Origin: Squalus acanthias
Taxonomy: Eukaryota
NCBI GenBank assembly: GCA_030390025.1
Contig: CM059425.1
Location: 89,776,001-89,840,000 of the forward strand
Length of the DNA stretch: 64,000 nucleotides
Reading direction: 5' to 3'
The notes under the pieces were generated by a model that saw only the letters and a program-made list of their open reading frames with translations, did not search any database and had not been told where the DNA came from. Numbering within the stretch: position 1 is the stretch's first letter; every line of letters begins with the position of its first letter. This document shows positions 47,976 to 61,300 of the stretch, piece after piece. The position numbers and the translations under genes were made by a program.

Positions 47976-48839
47976 TGATCGGGAATGCACTGTCTGAAAG
48001 GGGGGTGGAAGCAGATTCAATAATAACTTTTGAAAGGGATTTGGATAAATACTTGAAAAGGAAAAATTTGCAGGGCAATGGGGAAGGAGCAGGGGAGTGG
48101 GACTAATTGGAGAGCTCTTTCAAAGAGCCGGCACAGGCACGATGGGCCGAATGGCCTCCTTCTGTACTGTATGATTCTATGATGGTATGACACAGACTAT
48201 TGTGGCTCTTGGGAGCATTGTAAGAATCTGCTTCATTAGTGTCCCTCCCTCCTTTATGTGCAGGTTTGTGGTAATGTGACCATGTGACAGGAAAATGAAC
48301 CCTAAAGAGAAGGGCAGCCCCTGCCCACCCACCCCCCATCTCTCCAATCCATTGCAGATAGGGTTGGCCAAAACTTAGTTGTCAATTGAATTAGAATAAA
48401 TGAGGCAGACATGTGCGAGTGGACCCATTTTGTGCTTGTGCAGAGCGTTATTAAAATGCAGCTTCATCCTCAACACCTTTTGGATCATACATCAGCTGAC
48501 TGCCCAATTTGCAGGTAAATGCTCGTCACAAGCCACCTTCCTGGGATTTTGGTAAATACCAGAGCAAATCAGCTTGATGGGAGTACAGTGACCTATGACA
48601 TCCTATGTTGAAGAAAGTGACTCTGACAGTGACTAGAGTCATGGGTGCATAGAGGATTCCTGGGAAAGGAAATATTGTAAAGGCTGAACGCTTTCTTTGC
48701 AGGGGAGGGTGAAGGGTGGTCCGTTGCTGTCCTGGCAAGCGCCTATCGCCATTGTACACAGCTGCAACACTGACCTGAGCCCACTTTTTAAAGATGTGAT
48801 GTTCATCTCCACATGATGTCTATGATTTAATGGTTTCAG

Positions 48840-48933
48840 CCAAGAATATCCTGGGAGAAGTGAACAAAGGAGTCTATGTGCTGATGAGTGGTCTGGACTT
48901 GGAGCGACTGGTGCTGTCTGCTGGTCCTCTAGG
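48840..48933 (+). CDS. IVD: IVD exon 8 ([32 protein letters not shown]), contains the catalytic Glu
   Basis: CAG / GTAAGG, 94 nt; GLDLERL motif. Confidence 0.96.
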
Positions 48934-49169
48934 GTAAGGAAGTACCTCCTCTGCCTTCCCATTGATCGTGTACCTCGTCCTCTTAACAAACGCTTGACGT
49001 TCTCATCTGAAAGGCACTATTTCAATGCAGGTAAGTAGTGTTCTCAGTCAGTGGTGTCTCAGATCTGAACTTGGTACTATTAGTTTCTGCTCCGAGATCC
49101 AGTGTGAACATGGCTGTCGTGGGTTATACTGTCTTTATATAATTACTGCATGAATGAAGCAGACACCAC

Positions 49170-49255
49170 TGACTGTAGGAAACTTTGACCCAGACGCCAG
49201 TGATTGTAGGAAACTTTGACCCAGACGCCATTGATTGTAGGAAACTTTGACCCCA
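49170..49255. repeat. Short ~31-bp tandem repeat x3
   Basis: tgtaggaaactttgacccagacgcca repeated. Confidence 0.8.
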
Positions 49256-49498
49256 GCAAGGTGAAAACAAGCAGGTGAACAGCCAGCGTTTCCCATCTCC
49301 TTTGCTTTTCTGCCCCAGTCTTCCCTGCTCGTCTCTTGAAGGTGCGGATTCTGGCGGGGATAAATATCCATGGCTGCCAGCAACCCTCTGGTGCTTCACT
49401 CAACCGCCCGTTCTTCACGTATGTAACGAAATAGTGCAGTCAGGCAATTCGACTGTAGAAGGCATGTCAGCTGAGCCTATTCCTGCAATGCATGTGGT

Positions 49499-49940
49499 GT
49501 CAGCCGTGGCTCAGTAGTAGCACTGTCGCCTCCGAGTCAGACGGTTATAGGTTCAAGCCCCGCTCCAGAGAATTGAAAGCATAATCCAGGCTGACACTCC
49601 AGTGCAGTACTGAGGGAGTGCTGCACTGTCGGAGGTGCCGTCTTTCAGATGAGACGTTAAACCGAGTCTGCTCTCTCAGGTGGACATAAAAGATCCCACG
49701 GCCACTATCTCGAAGAAGAGCAGGGGAGTTCTCCCCGGGTTCCTGACCAATATTTATTCCTCAACACCACTTAAAATAACAACAGATTATCTGGTCATTA
49801 TCTCTTCCCTGTTTGTGGGAGCTTGCTGTGCACAAATTGGCTCCCACGTTTCCTACAGCACAAAAGTACTTAATTGACTGTAAAGCGCTTTGGGACACCC
49901 TGAGGTCATGAAAGGCTCAGTATAAATGCAACTTTCTTTT
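49499..49940 (+). mobile_element. DeuSINE (SacSINE1-like), full length
   Basis: tRNA-like head with A/B boxes (tggctcagtagtag, ggttcaagcc), central aaaagatccc domain, tail tataaatgcaa. Confidence 0.8.
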
Positions 49941-50309
49941 TGCTTCTCAGAAATAGGCTGTAGGACAGTAGCCCCAGGGGAGGAGGGCTACAACGCTCCC
50001 TCGATACTCCCCTTCTTCCCAATGCTCTGCGACAGTAAACTAATAACCATCAATAACGCAAGAGAGTGGGTGAGTTCAGGCACGAGCTCAGGTTGTGCGT
50101 ACTGCTCGCCCACTGCACTATAGCATTAGCCAGAAACAAGAGAATAGATTCCCCAATGGCTCTGAAGAGGATGAACTGTGCCACTCAGTCACACAGACCT
50201 GAAGGGGTCAGGTTTGATCCCCGGTCTGTGCTGATTCAGCTCCGGCAACAATTGGAGTACTTTAAGGGGTCTCAACACCTGAGAGTTTGTGGGGGGGAGG
50301 GCAGTAAAA

Positions 50310-50720
50310 GAAAAAAAGACTTGCATTTCTATAGCGTCTTTCATGACCGCGGGACATCCCAAAGCGTTTTACAGCCAATTAAGTATTTTTAACATGTAGT
50401 CACTGTTGCAATGTAGGGAAACGTGGCAGCCGATTTGCGCACAGCAAGCTTCCAAAAACAGTCAAATGACGAGATAATCTGTTTTAGTGATGTTGGTTGA
50501 GGGATAATTGTTGTCCAGGACATCAGGAGAACTCCTTTGCTCTTCTTCGAATATTGCCATGGGATCTTTTACATCCACCTATAGTGGACAGATGGGGTCA
50601 TGGTTTAATGTCTCATCCGAAAGACGGCACCTCCGACACTGCAGCACTCCCTCAGTACTGCACTGATGTGTCTGCTTGGATTGCGTAGTCAAGTCTCTGG
50701 TGTGGGACTTGAACCCTGAG

Positions 50721-50759
<39 letters not shown>

Positions 50760-50770
50760 AGGCTGACACA
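50310..50770 (-). mobile_element. DeuSINE (SacSINE1-like), full length, inverted relative to 49499
   Basis: Reverse-complement match to the previous copy. Confidence 0.8.
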
Positions 50771-51114
50771 CAAAAGATAAGGTTTCATTACAGAATTCAT
50801 TGGCTTGGAATGCATTACTACCTTTTTCTAGTGAAGAACCTAGGTGAATGGCCAAGGCCCATGGTGTAGACCACCTTGAGGATGAGAAGGATAGTGGACA
50901 AGGTAAATCAAGAAGTAGTAGGCAACGTCAAGTTTGGATTTTAAATGCCAGTAGATTGTAGAGGCAAGAGAAGACTGAGAGGTAGAATTTCTACAGTATA
51001 GAGGTCTGGGAAAGAATGAGGGTGTGTAGAGACATCTGGGCTCAGCGCTTCTCCAGTTTCATTCATTATCTTCATCTTACTGATTGGTAAAAGTTTCTTG
51101 TCATTCACTTGCAG

Positions 51115-51196
51115 CATCATGCAGGCGGTCCTGGACAATGCTCTCCCTTACTTGCATATCCGAGAAGCTTTTGGTCAGAAGATTGGAGAGTTTCAG
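51115..51196 (+). CDS. IVD: IVD exon 9 ([27 protein letters not shown])
   Basis: CAG / GTAAGG, 82 nt. Confidence 0.96.
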
Positions 51197-51526
51197 GTAA
51201 GGTGCCACAAGGACTCTGAATATAATGTGATGTATTTATATATTTTTTTAAATCTTTTTTCCTTCTCTTATTAACTCTCTTTGGTAGACACATTACTCCT
51301 GATCAAATAGGCAGGTAAGCAACATCCTTTTGGGCCTCTGTTGCTATTTGAGCAGAGCACTTTGAGCAATCAACTGCTTTTGAGAGGCCCATTAGTTCTA
51401 GTGGTGGAGTAAGTAACTCCCATTCAGGGGGTTTAATGTTGAAGCATTCAAATCCCATTCAATAGTATATACTCCAAGTGATACAGAATGGGCTACCTTT
51501 TGAGAGGAATGATGGCCCCAGTGACA

Positions 51527-51797
51527 GAGGATTGGGTTCCCATTCAGTGAGGGGTGGGAGCTCTAGGGATGGAGCATTGGTTCCCATTCAGTGAGGGGTG
51601 GGAGCACGAGGGATGGAGGATTGGGTTCCCATTCAGTGAGGGGTGGGAGCACGAGGGATGGAGGATTGGGTTCCCATTCAGTGAGGGGTGGGAGCTCTAG
51701 GGATGGAGGATTGGGTTCCCATTCAGTGAGGGGTGGGAGCTCTAGGGATGGAGGATTGGGTTCCCATTCAGTGAGGGGTGGGAGCACGAGGGATGGG
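51527..51797. repeat. 45-bp minisatellite, ~6 copies
   Basis: gaggattgggttcccattcagtgaggggtgggagc(tcta/acga)gggatg. Confidence 0.92.
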
Positions 51798-52474
51798 TGC
51801 CCATTTGAGGCAGCATAGTAATGGTAGTGATGGAGATTTGGGCTATCTAAACCTCTCCGTCTCTCGCTACCTCTCTTTCCTCCTTTAGTCACTCCTTAAA
51901 CCTACCTCTTTGGTCAAGCTTTTGGTCACTGTCCTAATGTCACTTTATGTGGCTTGGTGTCAAATTTTGTCTGATAACATCCCAAGGTGCTTCACAGGAG
52001 TGTTAACGTGATATAAATGCAAGTTGTTGTTACCTAGGGATGATAACACCAGATATGTTTAAATTGGCTCCCATTTCAGAGGATGCAGTTACCCCAACAG
52101 TAGAGCCTTGGGCCCCATTCTGGACATGGTAGGCCTAGCAGCTGAGTGCTGCTTCCCAGTTAGAGGGTCGAGGTTTGGATCTGGCTCTGTGACGCACATT
52201 AGCCTGTTAACGGCTGGAGTGGAAAGCCTTTTTCCAGGCATTGCCATGGTGGTTGTAGCAAAAGCCCCATCTCTCTTTCTCAACTCTTCCCTCCTCCCCA
52301 ATACATGGTAGAGTTATGTGATCACAGCGATGTTCAAGTTTTGTCCCTGTTATGTCCTCATTTTACCCAATACTAATGAGTTGTACTGAGATGGGCTAAC
52401 AGGAGTGCTTCCTTGGTATATTTAATTTGATAATTGTTAATTTGTGTGTCTCTCTCTCCTTCACTTGACTGCAG

Positions 52475-52579
52475 CTTTTACAAGGCAAGATGGCTGACAT
52501 GTATACCCGTCTGAGTGCGTGCAGACAGTACGTATACAACGTGGCAAGAGCCTGTGATGAGGGCCACATGAGCTCAAAG
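52475..52579 (+). CDS. IVD: IVD exon 10 ([35 protein letters not shown])
   Basis: CAG / GTGAGG, 105 nt. Confidence 0.96.
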
Positions 52580-54022
52580 GTGAGGGTAGAGGCAGCTCAT
52601 GGACTGCCGTATAAGCAACCTGCACTGTCAACAAGCACTTGGTAGATTAAATCGCTCTAAACGGTTTGCATAAATTCTTGACCACGGTCATGGACTGGGT
52701 GCTACAGTGGTCACCTGTGGGATTCCGTGGAGGAAGACTTCCTAACAGGACAGTTGCATATCATTTTGAAACCTGCTCAAGGGCTGCTTAGGCAGAAACC
52801 TGGCAACAGCTGGCTTACTTGAGGTCTCAGCCAGGCAATGGTGTGTCACACTGTGTACAGCACAGGGGGCTATCTGGCCCATTGTGTCTGTGCTGGCTCT
52901 TTGCTAGAGCAATCCAAAGCCAGTGTCCCTGCTCGCTCTCTCCTCACAGCCTTGTACCTTCATTAACTTCAAATATTGATCCAATTTTCCAGTAAAAGAT
53001 ACAATGCTTTCCATCTCAACTGCGCCCTGTGGGAAAGCATCCCATGCTCCAACTACCCTCTGAGGAGAGAGGTTAGGAGAAATCTCTTTACGCATTCTTA
53101 GTAACAATTTTAAATTGACTGCGTGGCACTGTTTCCCCAACCAGAGGAATCAGTCTTTCCCTATTCACTCCATCAAAACACTTCATCATTTTAAAAACCT
53201 CTGCTCGCCTTTCCTTTTAAGTAATTAATAATCAATAGACTGAAAAGGGAGTTGCTGATGTTGTATGAAACAACATCTCTAGACGTCCCACATCTTCTAT
53301 CTGGAATAATAGTGCCGCTTCCCCCTCATCCTTTTGCAGATTTTTTTTCTGCTTTCATAGAATAGTACAGCACAGAAGGAGGCCATTCGGCCCATCGAAT
53401 CTCCGCCGGTTCATTGCTTCTCATTCTGTGTGTGTGTGCCTTTCTGTCTTGCTTGCTTGTGCTTTTGGTCCAAATAAAGGTAAAACTATAATTATTAGTA
53501 AAGGTAGTGTGCACAAACCGTTCTGATTGGTGGACAAGATTGTCCACTCACATGTTTCCCCTTCTCCAATGTTTGATGGACAGTACAAGGCTTTAAGCCA
53601 CGCCTACCCTTGTAATTACGTCATGCACATATTGTCCTGGCCAGTATTTATCCCTCAACCAACCCCACTAAAAATCATTATCTGGTTGTTTGTGGGAACT
53701 TGCTGTGTGCAAATTGGCTGTTGCGTTTCCTACATTACAAAAGTGACAACACTTCAAAAATATGTCATGGTTGTAAAGCGCTTCGAGACGTCCTGAAGTG
53801 GTGAAAAGCGCTGTATAAATGCAAGACCTTCCTTTCTTTAGATTAGGAATGCACAGGACTAGAAAGGAACGTTGAGATCCATCAGGCCGGTTCTACGCTA
53901 TATTGAGTGGCATTGGGTATTGATCAAGATGACACACTTTGAGTCCTGGTTACTTCACTACAACTGGCTACTCAAAGCATCTCCAGGTTTAGGACCTCAT
54001 TTACCTCTCCTTCCTTTTCCAG

Positions 54023-54095
54023 GATTGTGCAGGTGTGATTCTTTACGCTGCAGAGGCAGCTACCAAAGTCGCCCTGGACGGAATTCAGTGCCTGG
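54023..54095 (+). CDS. IVD: IVD exon 11 ([24 protein letters not shown])
   Basis: CAG / GTGAGT, 73 nt. Confidence 0.96.
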
Positions 54096-54349
54096 GTGAG
54101 TGCTCTTTTCTTTAAATGGTAAATCTAGGTGAAAGGCCGAGACCGACCGATGAGGAAACCACCACCGTTGGAAAGGGAAGGCAAATAATAGTAGGGTAAC
54201 ATCTTTGCTTTCAGCACCCCTGTAAACGGTAGGAGGAAGGGAAGACTGAGGGCAGTAGGGTCCCACACTTCAGAGGGAGTCGGAGCAAGGAGACTCTACA
54301 GTGAGTCTTAGTTTTCAAGTGATGCATGGAAGAGGAAGAGTGCCTAGGT

Positions 54350-54725
54350 TGAAGTGTTTGAAGATGTTTAAGATGATTAAAGGATTTGATAGGGTAGATA
54401 GAGAGAAACTATTTCCTGTGTTGGGGGGAGTCCAGAACAAGGGGGCATCACCTTAAAATTAGAGCTAGGCCATTGAGGGGTAATGTCAGGAAACACTTCA
54501 TCACACAAAGGGTAGTGGAAATCTGGAACTCTATTCCCTCAAAGAGCTGTTGAAGTTACATCAATTGAAAATTTCAAAACTGAGATTGATAGATTTTTGT
54601 TGGGTACGGGTATTAAGGGAAATGGAACTAAGGAGGTTAAATGGAGTTAAGCTACAGATCAGCCATGATCTAATTGAATGACGGAACAAGATCGAGGGCT
54701 GAATGGCCTCCTCCTGTTCCTATGA
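54350..54725 (+). mobile_element. CR1 LINE 3' end
   Basis: gatagggtagatagagagaaactatttcc...gaatggcctcctcctgttcc. Confidence 0.85.
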
Positions 54726-55751
54726 AGCTGATAAAGAAGGCAAAAACTCAGGAACACTTGCCAGAGTAGAATTGATTCAAAAAGAAAGAGAAACGTTTGC
54801 AATAGAGAAAAGTTATAGGATAGAAGTGTAAGATGGATTTCCTTTCAAATGACTAGTGTTTCCTCATTTTCTGACCCAGACTCTGAGGGAGATATAAAGA
54901 GAGCCCCTGGAAATGGAGCAAGATTCAAGTTTTGGATGGACTTGGGCATTGCAAGGAGTTAAGGGGGGAACAAAAGTGTTTGGCACAGTGTGTTTCTTTT
55001 CTGCTTTCCTTTTTGAGTGACTGAGTAATTGGACACCAGGTATCAGAGTGGAACTTAATGCCAAATTCATCTGAAGAGCATTATTTTCAGTATTGGTTAT
55101 GGATCATTGAACAAGCCTACTTTTGATTCCTCAGTAGCAGTGTTCTTCTGCATGGAATTCTTAACAATTTGCGCTCCTGATGACGGCGAACAGGCAGCGT
55201 TCGGCGTCATTTCTCCTTTGAAACTGACCGCAGCTTCAGGATTTAGCGCAAGCGCAGCCTCACGCAGAAATCCTGAAGTTGTGGTCAGTCGTTCACTGCT
55301 CCGACACTGGCTGCGCCGTCCTCCCGAGCCGACAATCAGTGTAATCTGTCATCATGGAAACTGACACACATTTTGGCTCTTCCACGGGAATATCGCTGTT
55401 AAATACCCCATTAAAAGTTAGACCCTTTTGGATTAGATGTAACTGGGGTTTTAACAACGTATTGACTGCTAAACAAAGGTGTTTTTTTTTTAACTTTGTT
55501 CATCTTTATTTCAGGTTTGCCTTTTCCCCATGTGAGAGCTCTAATCTTTGTTTTGCTCTCTCTAACATTTGTAAAAAGTTAGAATCAAAGGACCTTACCC
55601 ACTCCCTGGTTCGCTGCCTGTGAGAATTCTGCGTTTTCATTGGCTGCTAAGACAGCTTGTTGGCGTCACAGCAGCTCATCGCTGGGAATCCCCATTAACT
55701 TCTGTTGACTTCAATTACGCGTCGATCGAGATCTATGTGGGAAGCTTACTT

Positions 55752-55870
55752 ACACATTTAATAGCAAAATCAAATTAATAGCCCGTAATTTGCGGTCAGC
55801 AGTGAACGCCTTTGCTTTGCCGCTGACTGCAAATTATGGGCTATTAATTTGATTTTGCTATTAAATGTGT
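55752..55870. repeat. Inverted repeat, 49-bp arms (2 mismatches), 21-nt spacer
   Basis: 55752-55800 is the reverse complement of 55822-55870. Confidence 0.9.
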
Positions 55871-56119
55871 GCAGTCAACTCAACATAACCCAGTCCAAGC
55901 ATAGAATTCTCATGAATGCAAACGTCATTCCAGTCCCTCCCATTGTATGGGATTTAAATGGGCCAACCCTGTTGAAATAGTCTAATACTTAGAACTGAAT
56001 CTGTCTAACTCTGAAGTATTTGTACTTGTGACAATGGAATGACAAATAGGGACAAACATGCAGTAGGTGTCTGTTCGCAATAGCAAGCACAGTTTTATAT
56101 ATATATATATAATATATTC

Positions 56120-56482
56120 ATTCTCAGGATGTGGGCAAGGCTGGCATTTATTGCCCATCCCAGACAACTGAGTGGCTTGCTAGGCCACTTCAGAGGACAG
56201 TTAAGAGTCAACTGCGTCGGTGTGGGACTGGAGTGACGGATAGGCCAGACCGGGTAAGGGCGGCGGGTTTCCTTCCTCGAGGATATTGGTGAACCACTTG
56301 GGTTTTTACGACAATCCGACAGCTTCACGGTCACTTTTACTGATAGAAGTTTCTAATTTCCAGATTTTTTTTTTAAACTGAATGCAAATTCTCAAACTGC
56401 CATGGCGGGATTTGAACTCCTGTTCTCTGGATTATTAGTCCAGTCCTCTGGGTTACCATAAACCACTACAGTACCGTACCCC
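56120..56482 (-). mobile_element. tRNA-headed SINE with CR1-like tail
   Basis: Minus-strand head ggtacggtactgtagtggtt...gagttcaaatccc and tail gggatgggcaataaatgccagcc; further copy at 57912-58332. Confidence 0.75.
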
Positions 56483-56702
56483 TAAATTATTAGAGTGGGA
56501 TCCTTTACCCTATCAGAGTTTAAGATCTGTTTTCTAGTTCTGTTTTTTTAACTCGTCTAATGCTTGGGAAGTGGGGACTCGCCAAGAAAGGTTCATGGTG
56601 CAATCAGAACCTATTCATGAGCGCACGATATGGTCTTTGCTAATTGACTCTTGTACTGTGATGAATCTGCTCATGCTTATTCTAATGTGTTTGCAATTGC
56701 AG

Positions 56703-56836
56703 GCGGCAATGGCTATATCAACGACTATCCTATGGGCCGCTTTCTGCGGGATGCTAAGCTGTATGAAATAGGGGCCGGAACCAGTGAAGTCAGGAGGCTC
56801 ATCATCGGCAGAGCATTTAACGCCATTTACAAATAG
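56703..56836 (+). CDS. IVD: IVD exon 12, terminal ([44 protein letters not shown])
   Basis: CAG acceptor, TAG stop; IGAGTSE motif diagnostic of IVD; exon lengths sum to 1296 nt. Confidence 0.97.
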
Positions 56837-57424
56837 CCTCCCAGCAGCCCTCCGAGGCGAGGCCTGCTACTTCCACACGGCCCTACTGCATTATGGCAAT
56901 ATCTCGTATTAACGTGTGTACTTGCTGTATTTTGAAGTGCCTTGGATTCTATGAGGACGTTCTTCATTCATAGAGAATTATCAGCTGCAAGACTAAGATC
57001 ATGGCAAAGTCATGAATGTTGACTTTCGTTGAACATGAAATACTCAGCTAAAATATCAGAAAGGAGAGCATGCTACAGTTAGCAGAGCAACAGGACACTC
57101 AATGCAATACAGAAATCGGCTCTGCATCATCACTCTGGGCCACTGGTTAATGCACCGTGTGGTGTTTTATTAGCTTGCAGAGAAGAAATAGGACGCAAAT
57201 GCCATGAGCTTATCCCTCCACACTTCACTTTAAATAGGAGGATTAGTCAGTGTTGTTGTTACAGTTGCACATAATCTGTACCCTTTCCCCCCAGTGTTGA
57301 ATCACATTATACTTTTAAGTGTTCAATTGCCATTGATGGGAAAACTATAATGCAAGTGTCAGCGGGTGGTTGACTTTCTAAAACAGGGACTAAGATGCAA
57401 GCTGTTCAAATTGGGCAGCCTCTC

Positions 57425-57437
57425 AATAAATAATAAA
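57425..57437 (+). terminator. Tandem AATAAA polyadenylation signals for IVD
   Basis: AATAAATAATAAA ~590 nt after the stop. Confidence 0.65.
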
Positions 57438-57911
57438 TATTGGCAGATCTCCCATGGCATTGCTCATGGTAAATAGAGGCTATGCTGACTGGAGTGTTAC
57501 ACTACGTACTGCACATTGTATTATAAGAACATAAGAAATAGGAGTAGGCCATTCGGCCCCTCCAGCCTGCTCCGCCATTCAATAAGATCATGGCTGATCT
57601 TCTACCTCATCTCCACTTTCCTGCCCAACCCTCATTATTCTGTATTTAAAATGACCTGTCCCAATAAGGCCACAAAGTCTTTGCACAACCTGAGGTCCCT
57701 CAGCGTTTAATCGCTTTTCAGTGAAAGAAGTTAGAGTGGAAAGTGCTTGTAAATTTCTGACTCCAGGTCAGAAAACAGCAGCATGAAATGACTGACTTTT
57801 TTTTATATATGACATTCTGAAATATGATATCCCACTTGTGACAGGCATTAGTTTCTGCAATGTACACTTGATAAGCTTTGTCCAATTTTATTTTTATGCC
57901 TTTTTTTAAAT

Positions 57912-58332
57912 TCATTCTTGAGTTGTGGGTGTCACTCACAAGGCCGACATTTACTGCCCATCCCAGTAGCCCTGAGAAGGTGGTGATGGACCTTCATTCT
58001 GAACCGCTGATCGCGGTTTGATGCAACTGAGTGGCTTGGCTAGGCCTCTTTAGAGGGCAGTTAAGAGTCAACCACATTGGCTTGGGAAAGGGGGTCACAT
58101 AGAAGCTAGACCGGGTATGGGCGGCATGCTTCCTTCCCTAAGGGGCATTAGTGAACCAGTTGGGTTTTTACGACAATCCAGCAGCTTCGTGGTCACTTTA
58201 TTTCCAGGTTTTCTTAAACTGAATTCAAATTCTCAAACGGCCCTGGTGGGGTTTGAACTCACGTTCTCTGGATTATTAGTCCAGGCTTCTGCATCACTAG
58301 TCCAGTAACATAACTACTACACTACCATACCC
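57912..58332 (-). mobile_element. tRNA-headed SINE with CR1-like tail
   Basis: Collinear with 56120-56482. Confidence 0.75.
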
Positions 58333-61300
58333 ACTGATAAACAAACTTTATCACAAAATGTAGATATATTGGACGTCACTAGAACCTGTTGGTGAACATT
58401 GTCTACCATGCTGCCAATTCGAACCACACCACAATCACTTTCCTATTCAAGGCGATCAGGACAGCACCCTATGGGCGGGCAGACTTAAGTTGTGCCTATG
58501 ATTCTACACACAGTAAGCCAATCAGCTGGAGGACATGCTCTGAGCAGAGTGCAGTCCTGTCCAGACTAGAGGGCAAGCACTTTCTTCCCCCTCCACCTTC
58601 AGCTGCTGTTGTAGGCCTCCCAGATGGAGCGATCAGTCATTCTTTAATATTCATTCATGGGATGTGGGTGTCTCTGGCAAGGCCAGCATTTATTGCCCAT
58701 CTCTAGTTGCCTTTGAGAAGGTGGTGGTGGTGGTGGTGGGCCTTCGTCTTGAACCGCTGCAGTCCGTGTGGTGAAGGTACTCCGACATTGCTGTCATGTA
58801 GGAAGTTCCAGGATTTTGACCCAGCAACGATGAAGGAGCAGCGATATATTTCCAAGTTGGGATGGTGTGTGACTTGCGGGTGATGGTGTTCCCTCGCACC
58901 TGCTGCCCTTGTCCTTCTAGGTGGTCGAGGTCGTGGGTTTGGGAGGTGCTGCCGAAGAAGACTTGGCAAGTGGCTTCAGAGTGCTTTCTGGGATGATTAT
59001 CCGGTAATTGAACAGGATAACAAAAGTCTAGTTTCAATTGTTGCCTTTTTTAAAAAAAAAGATAAAATGCTGCATTCAGGAGTAGCTCCATCTTGCACGT
59101 GCGCAGAGATTTAAATGTCCACCCCATCTGGTATTGAACTAGGAAATGGTTGCAGTCCTATTTACAGCAGCAAGTGTTCAGCCCACCCTCTGGGCTGTGT
59201 GTTATTGTTGGCCAGGCAGGGGGAGGGGAGAAGACACCACAACAGCAAACACCCTCTGCCCGAGTGAAGGGTCTACACCCAAAATGTTTGCCTATTTTTC
59301 TGCCTTACCTGCTGAGTATTTCCAGCATCTTTGATTTTATTTCAGATCGCCAGCATTTTCCGTGTGTTTTTAATTTGGTCCAGTTCGTGAATTGAGGGAA
59401 CAACTGCTAACTCTAGTGCAATAGGATGCAAGCTCCTGTATGCACGAAGGCTAGAACCGCAGCCACCAAAGAGGGAGAAACCTGCTCCGTGGTTTATGTC
59501 ACTTTTCCCCCACTGACTGCCAACCTAGCAATCAGACCCCTAAATTTAGGAATATTAAAAGATGCTGAGGACCAGGCCCTTGGGGTTTTTTTTTTGGTTA
59601 TTATCAAAGTAAATTCACTGCTGTTCAAACTCAATGCCAGCCAGTGAGATAGTGGGGCCTATGAGTAGGAGTGTCCGATTGTCAACCAGTGCCACCAGCT
59701 ATTATTGTAGTTATTGGGTGGAACTGCAGCTGCACTACATGGTAACGGTAAAGTAGGGTCTGTTTTTCTTTTTGTTTCTGCAAGATGAACAACCACTTGC
59801 ATGAGTAAAACATCCCCAGGCACTTCACAGGAGCAGAATCAGACAGAAATTTGACACTGAGCCAAAGAAGGCGGCATTACGAACTGGTGACCAAACACTT
59901 GGCCAAAGCGGTAGGTTTTAAGCAGCATCTTAAAGGAGGGGAGAGAGAGGTGATGAGGTTTGGGGAGGGAGTTCCAGAGCTTGGGGCAGAGACAGCTGAA
60001 GGCGCGGCAGCCAATAAAGAAGACGACGACTTGCATTTATATAGCGCCTTTCGTGACCACCGGACGTCTCAAAGCGCTTTACAACCAATTAAGTACTTTT
60101 TGGAGTGTAGTCACTGTTGTAATGTGGGAAACGATGGTGGGGCGAAGGTAGTGGGGTGCACAAGTTCATTTTAGATAACACAAAAATTACAGTCTTACAT
60201 AATTTTCCAGGCTTCAGTACTCCCAAGTGAATCTGGACATGGCCTGGAAGGGGAAAAAAAATAACAGTGCCACAATCAAGTCTCCAAACCCATCAAAGAT
60301 CTTTGCAGCTCCATGCTCTCCTTGTGTTTATTGATATTGTGCGTCTTTCAGTCGAGTGGTAACAATATTTAATTCCCATTCAGTATGCCTGGCAGCCCTC
60401 CTGTTGTCATTGGGAACCTCAGCATGTAGAGCCCACCCAAAGGAAAAGCCTCGATCACCCATTTTATACTGGCTGAAGTTTCCATGGGATGTGGGTACAA
60501 CCCACCAAAAAAAATGTACCTGCACGGGGTGAGAACGCAGAGCAACGTGACCGGAATGTACTGAAGTATGTAAAGTATATGGTATCGATAAGGTGAACTA
60601 GAATATCACTTCAAGATAAGTCAGCAAGTCGAACAAGAGGCCATGTATAAATGAGTGAAAAGTCCATTTACCGAAGGGATGAGCTTAAATGGTCTTTTCT
60701 CATTCTGGTGTGCTGGGTAACTGGCTGAAATCCAGTTAAAATTGCAGAAAATCCTCCTCAATTCTCAAACACTGTTGAATCTGTGCAATTACACACTGAC
60801 CCACTTGTACTGGGGAATCCATTCCTTGTGATACACGTGCTTACGTACAAAGGGTCTGGTGTAGGGTTGCCAACTCTGGTTGGAAGTATTCCTGGAGGTT
60901 TCCTCACATGATGACCTGTCGCCAACTGCCCCCGCCCCCCTACTTTCCTGCCTTTGGTTGCCCAGCATATCCATCCGTGCGATGTACCACCTTCCTGCAC
61001 TAATTGGAAAGCGAAAAAACTCATCATTACCCAATTGGATGATTCTTGACTGTCAGTCAAGAAGTGTTTTTTTCCCCCCCATCTCTAATGTTTTTATAAC
61101 TAATAAACAAAGAAAATGAAAAAACACTTTTTTATACCGCTGTGATTTTTCTCCAGGTTTGCTTGCGGCAGTGTCCTGGAGAGGAATCTTCAAATTCTGG
61201 AGACTCCAGGCCAATCCTGGAGGGTTGGCAACCCTTGTCTGACGTGAATGATCAAACTTCATATCATAAATTTGATCAAATTATAAAGATCAAACACTCT

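Noticed and set aside
49499-49570. tRNA gene
   Set aside because: The A/B boxes belong to a SINE head that continues into the SINE body; no complete cloverleaf.
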